Source: Lama glama (lineage: Eukaryota). Taken from it: DNA of 64,000 bases. The stretch covers positions 67,642,001 through 67,706,000 of the forward strand of contig CM052827.1 in assembly GCA_028534125.1 (NCBI GenBank), read 5' to 3'. This document shows, piece after piece, positions 61,656 through 64,000 of the stretch. Made by a program: the position numbers and the translations under genes. Every line of letters starts with the position of its first letter. The first letter of the stretch is position 1. The notes below the pieces were generated by a model that did no database searches, had not been told where the DNA came from, and saw only the letters and a list, made by a program, of their open reading frames with translations.

Positions 61656-63674
61656 TTTTACATGGTGAACAAAGGTCTGTCTCCATCTCCCACCTCAGTC
61701 ATTTCCTTCATACTGCGGCCGACTGGAAGCACAGAATCATGCCGGCCAGAGGTGCTGAAAGCAGCTTCAGACAGTCAGGACTTCCCATCCCACGGGAACT
61801 CTGCCCTCCTTCCCCCACCCATCCTCTGCAGCCCCGAGTTCTCTTCCTGAACCTCTCACCTAAATCTCCACCTTCTTCCAAGTTCACCATGAGCCCTGTG
61901 TGGCGTGTTTGTGATGTTGTGCGGAGGCTGCTGTCCAAAAACCAACGCCTGCGCTGAGGGGGAGAGAGGCTGGTTTGAAGAGGCACACCAGCCAGCCACG
62001 GCACTCAGGAGCACTTCCTGGTTAATGTCTGCAAATTTTCTTTCTTGACAAAAAGCTAAATGGGGCTCATTAAGCTCCTCCTGGCGTAATTTTTTTTATA
62101 AAGAAAGGACAAGTTAAAAATAGCCTGAGAACAAGTCTTAGAGGCAATGAAAGCTTTGGTTGTTAGGAAGAACTGGAAATGAGGTCCGGGGAGGGCTTTC
62201 AGACTCAAAACTCAAATCTCTGCAGGGAATGCAGGACCCCAGCACAACAGGGAGGCTGGGAGCCTGGGGGAGAGGGGCCCTGGGGGCAGGGCTCTGGTTC
62301 CAAGAATAGACTCACGCTCGAATTCTACTCAGCTTTGCTTTTATCAAATACCTGTTAATGTACAAAATACCAAATGATAATAAGTTCCTAACTCATGTCT
62401 GCCTAGGAGGTCAGGATCCTGGTACAGTCTCATGAGAGCTGGGACAGGAGAATCTGAAAGATGTCTTGTTTGGAGGCACCAGCCCTTGGAAGAGGACCGC
62501 TGTCCTGACCCACCAAGGGCGGCTAAGGCCTGGCCTTGCCTGCCGTGTGCGCACGGAAAGGAGAAGACAAACAGGCACTGGGTGTGGATGTAGCAGGAAG
62601 GGGTTCCATCCTCTGCCCCTCACTGATGTCCTGGTGCTGACAGCTAAGTGAGGAGGGTCCCGGGGCAGGAAATTCTCTTCTGACACCTCCCACCCCAGGT
62701 TTTCCTGTCCATGAAAGGAAAGGCCAGGAGAGCCGAGAAGATGGAAATTAGTCACCCGTGAGCATCTGGTGGCCCGACAGCGTTCACAAGGGCTTGTGTG
62801 TGCCGGCTTCTGGACCCAGTGCGGCAAGGTGGTGTGACCCTGGCCTTCTGAGCGCCACCTCTCCTCTGACCATGCCTCCTGCCCTCGACAGTGATGCCCT
62901 CCATCACCCCAGGGTCCCAGGACTGAGGACCTCTCTGGCCTGTATCGATCTTGGTTTGGATTCATGGACACGTGAATCTTCTCTGCTTCTCCCTGCCTCC
63001 TGGAGGGACAGAAATGGAAGAGGGTGGGGTTGGGGTGGCAAAGAATGACACATTCTACTGGAGGGAGGGAAGAGCTCCAGCCTGTCCCAAGGCTCTGCCC
63101 TCCTAGGCCCCACTCCAGGCAGGCCACTGGTAGGACACGTGGGGTTGACCTCCAAGATCTCGAAAGTGTTGTCCAGCAATGACTCCCGGGGCTGGGCTCT
63201 AGGCCCTGCCATCCCTGCAGAGAGCAATGAGGAGATCCCTGCAGAAGGCGGGGCAGAGCTGGAAGCAGAGACAGCTGTTTGCTGGGGCGTAGTCCGGGAG
63301 GCACGTACCAGCTTGGAACCGCAGCTGGGTGGCCTGGGAGGCCTTGGGAACCCCAAGATGCTTTGTGTCCCCAGGGGCGGGGGCGGGGCGATGGCCCCTG
63401 AGTCTGGGAGGCGGAGTGCAGGAGGACTTGCATCAGCACCGGTGGCCGATGGGCTCCTTTCCTGCCTCCAGTCTGTGCCACGGACTCGGGGACCCAGGCC
63501 CCTCCCCATCTGTTGACCCCTCCACAGAGTAACTCATCCCAGCGGCGATGATTCCACGGGCCCAGACTTCTCGCATGTAGTAAGAACATTAGAAGCCTTT
63601 TGTCAAAGGCTTATTGTCTGCCAGGAACCACACCGGGCTGTACCTATATGATCGCATTTACTCATCAGCCAGTG

Positions 63675-63830
63675 CGAGGTTCAAGTCCCGGCTGTGCCAT
63701 CTGTCATCAGGTGTCCCTTTGGGCAAATTATGCAATGTTTCTGAGCCAGTTTCTTCCAGTCGCCAAATGTGAAAAGAAAGCACTTAGATTGCTAAGGAGA
63801 TTGAATGACTCAATGAATGAAAAGAGCGAA
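63675..63830 (+). mobile_element. MIR SINE
   Basis: ggttcaagtcccggctgtgcca...ttgggcaaattat...tctgagccagtttc. Confidence 0.7.
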
Positions 63831-64000
63831 AAGAGCTTCGCAGGGAGCGCAGCACTGTGCTCGGTCACGGCAGCCGTGGCCGTCACGGGCCGGGAGGGCG
63901 ATCACTGCCGTCAGACCTGTTTCCACGTGCACTCGGCGCTCTCCGACCTGGGCGCGTGGACGTCGGAGCCTGTCTTTTCCCCATTATGCCTCATGCCTTT

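Overview
Mammalian genomic DNA, almost certainly from a camelid (alpaca/llama/camel): two tRNA-derived SINEs match the camelid Vic-1 family, and I saw no ruminant, pig, primate or carnivore SINEs. The window looks like the 5' end and long first introns of a minus-strand gene whose main coding exons lie beyond position 1; I could not identify the gene. It has two CpG-island promoters (~48.7-50.1 kb and ~29.0-29.8 kb), each with a candidate first exon ending in a CAG|GT donor. A possible third, non-island promoter/exon cluster lies at ~32.0-33.3 kb, and a candidate internal exon at 8991-8861. The rest is intron or upstream DNA with old repeats (MIR, L2, L1M, L3/CR1, hAT MERs); family names come from recalled consensus sequences, not from a search. 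No convincing protein-coding exon, RNA gene or CRISPR array was found, and nearly all ORFs in the track are GC-content artefacts. The points most worth checking are a uORF-rich multi-promoter leader, a ~120-bp direct repeat 1560 bp apart, a Vic-1 copy with an apparent 3' extension inside its target-site duplication (TSD), and ancient repeats strongly shifted toward GC/CpG. I found no clear evidence of a novel system; the findings are hypotheses.
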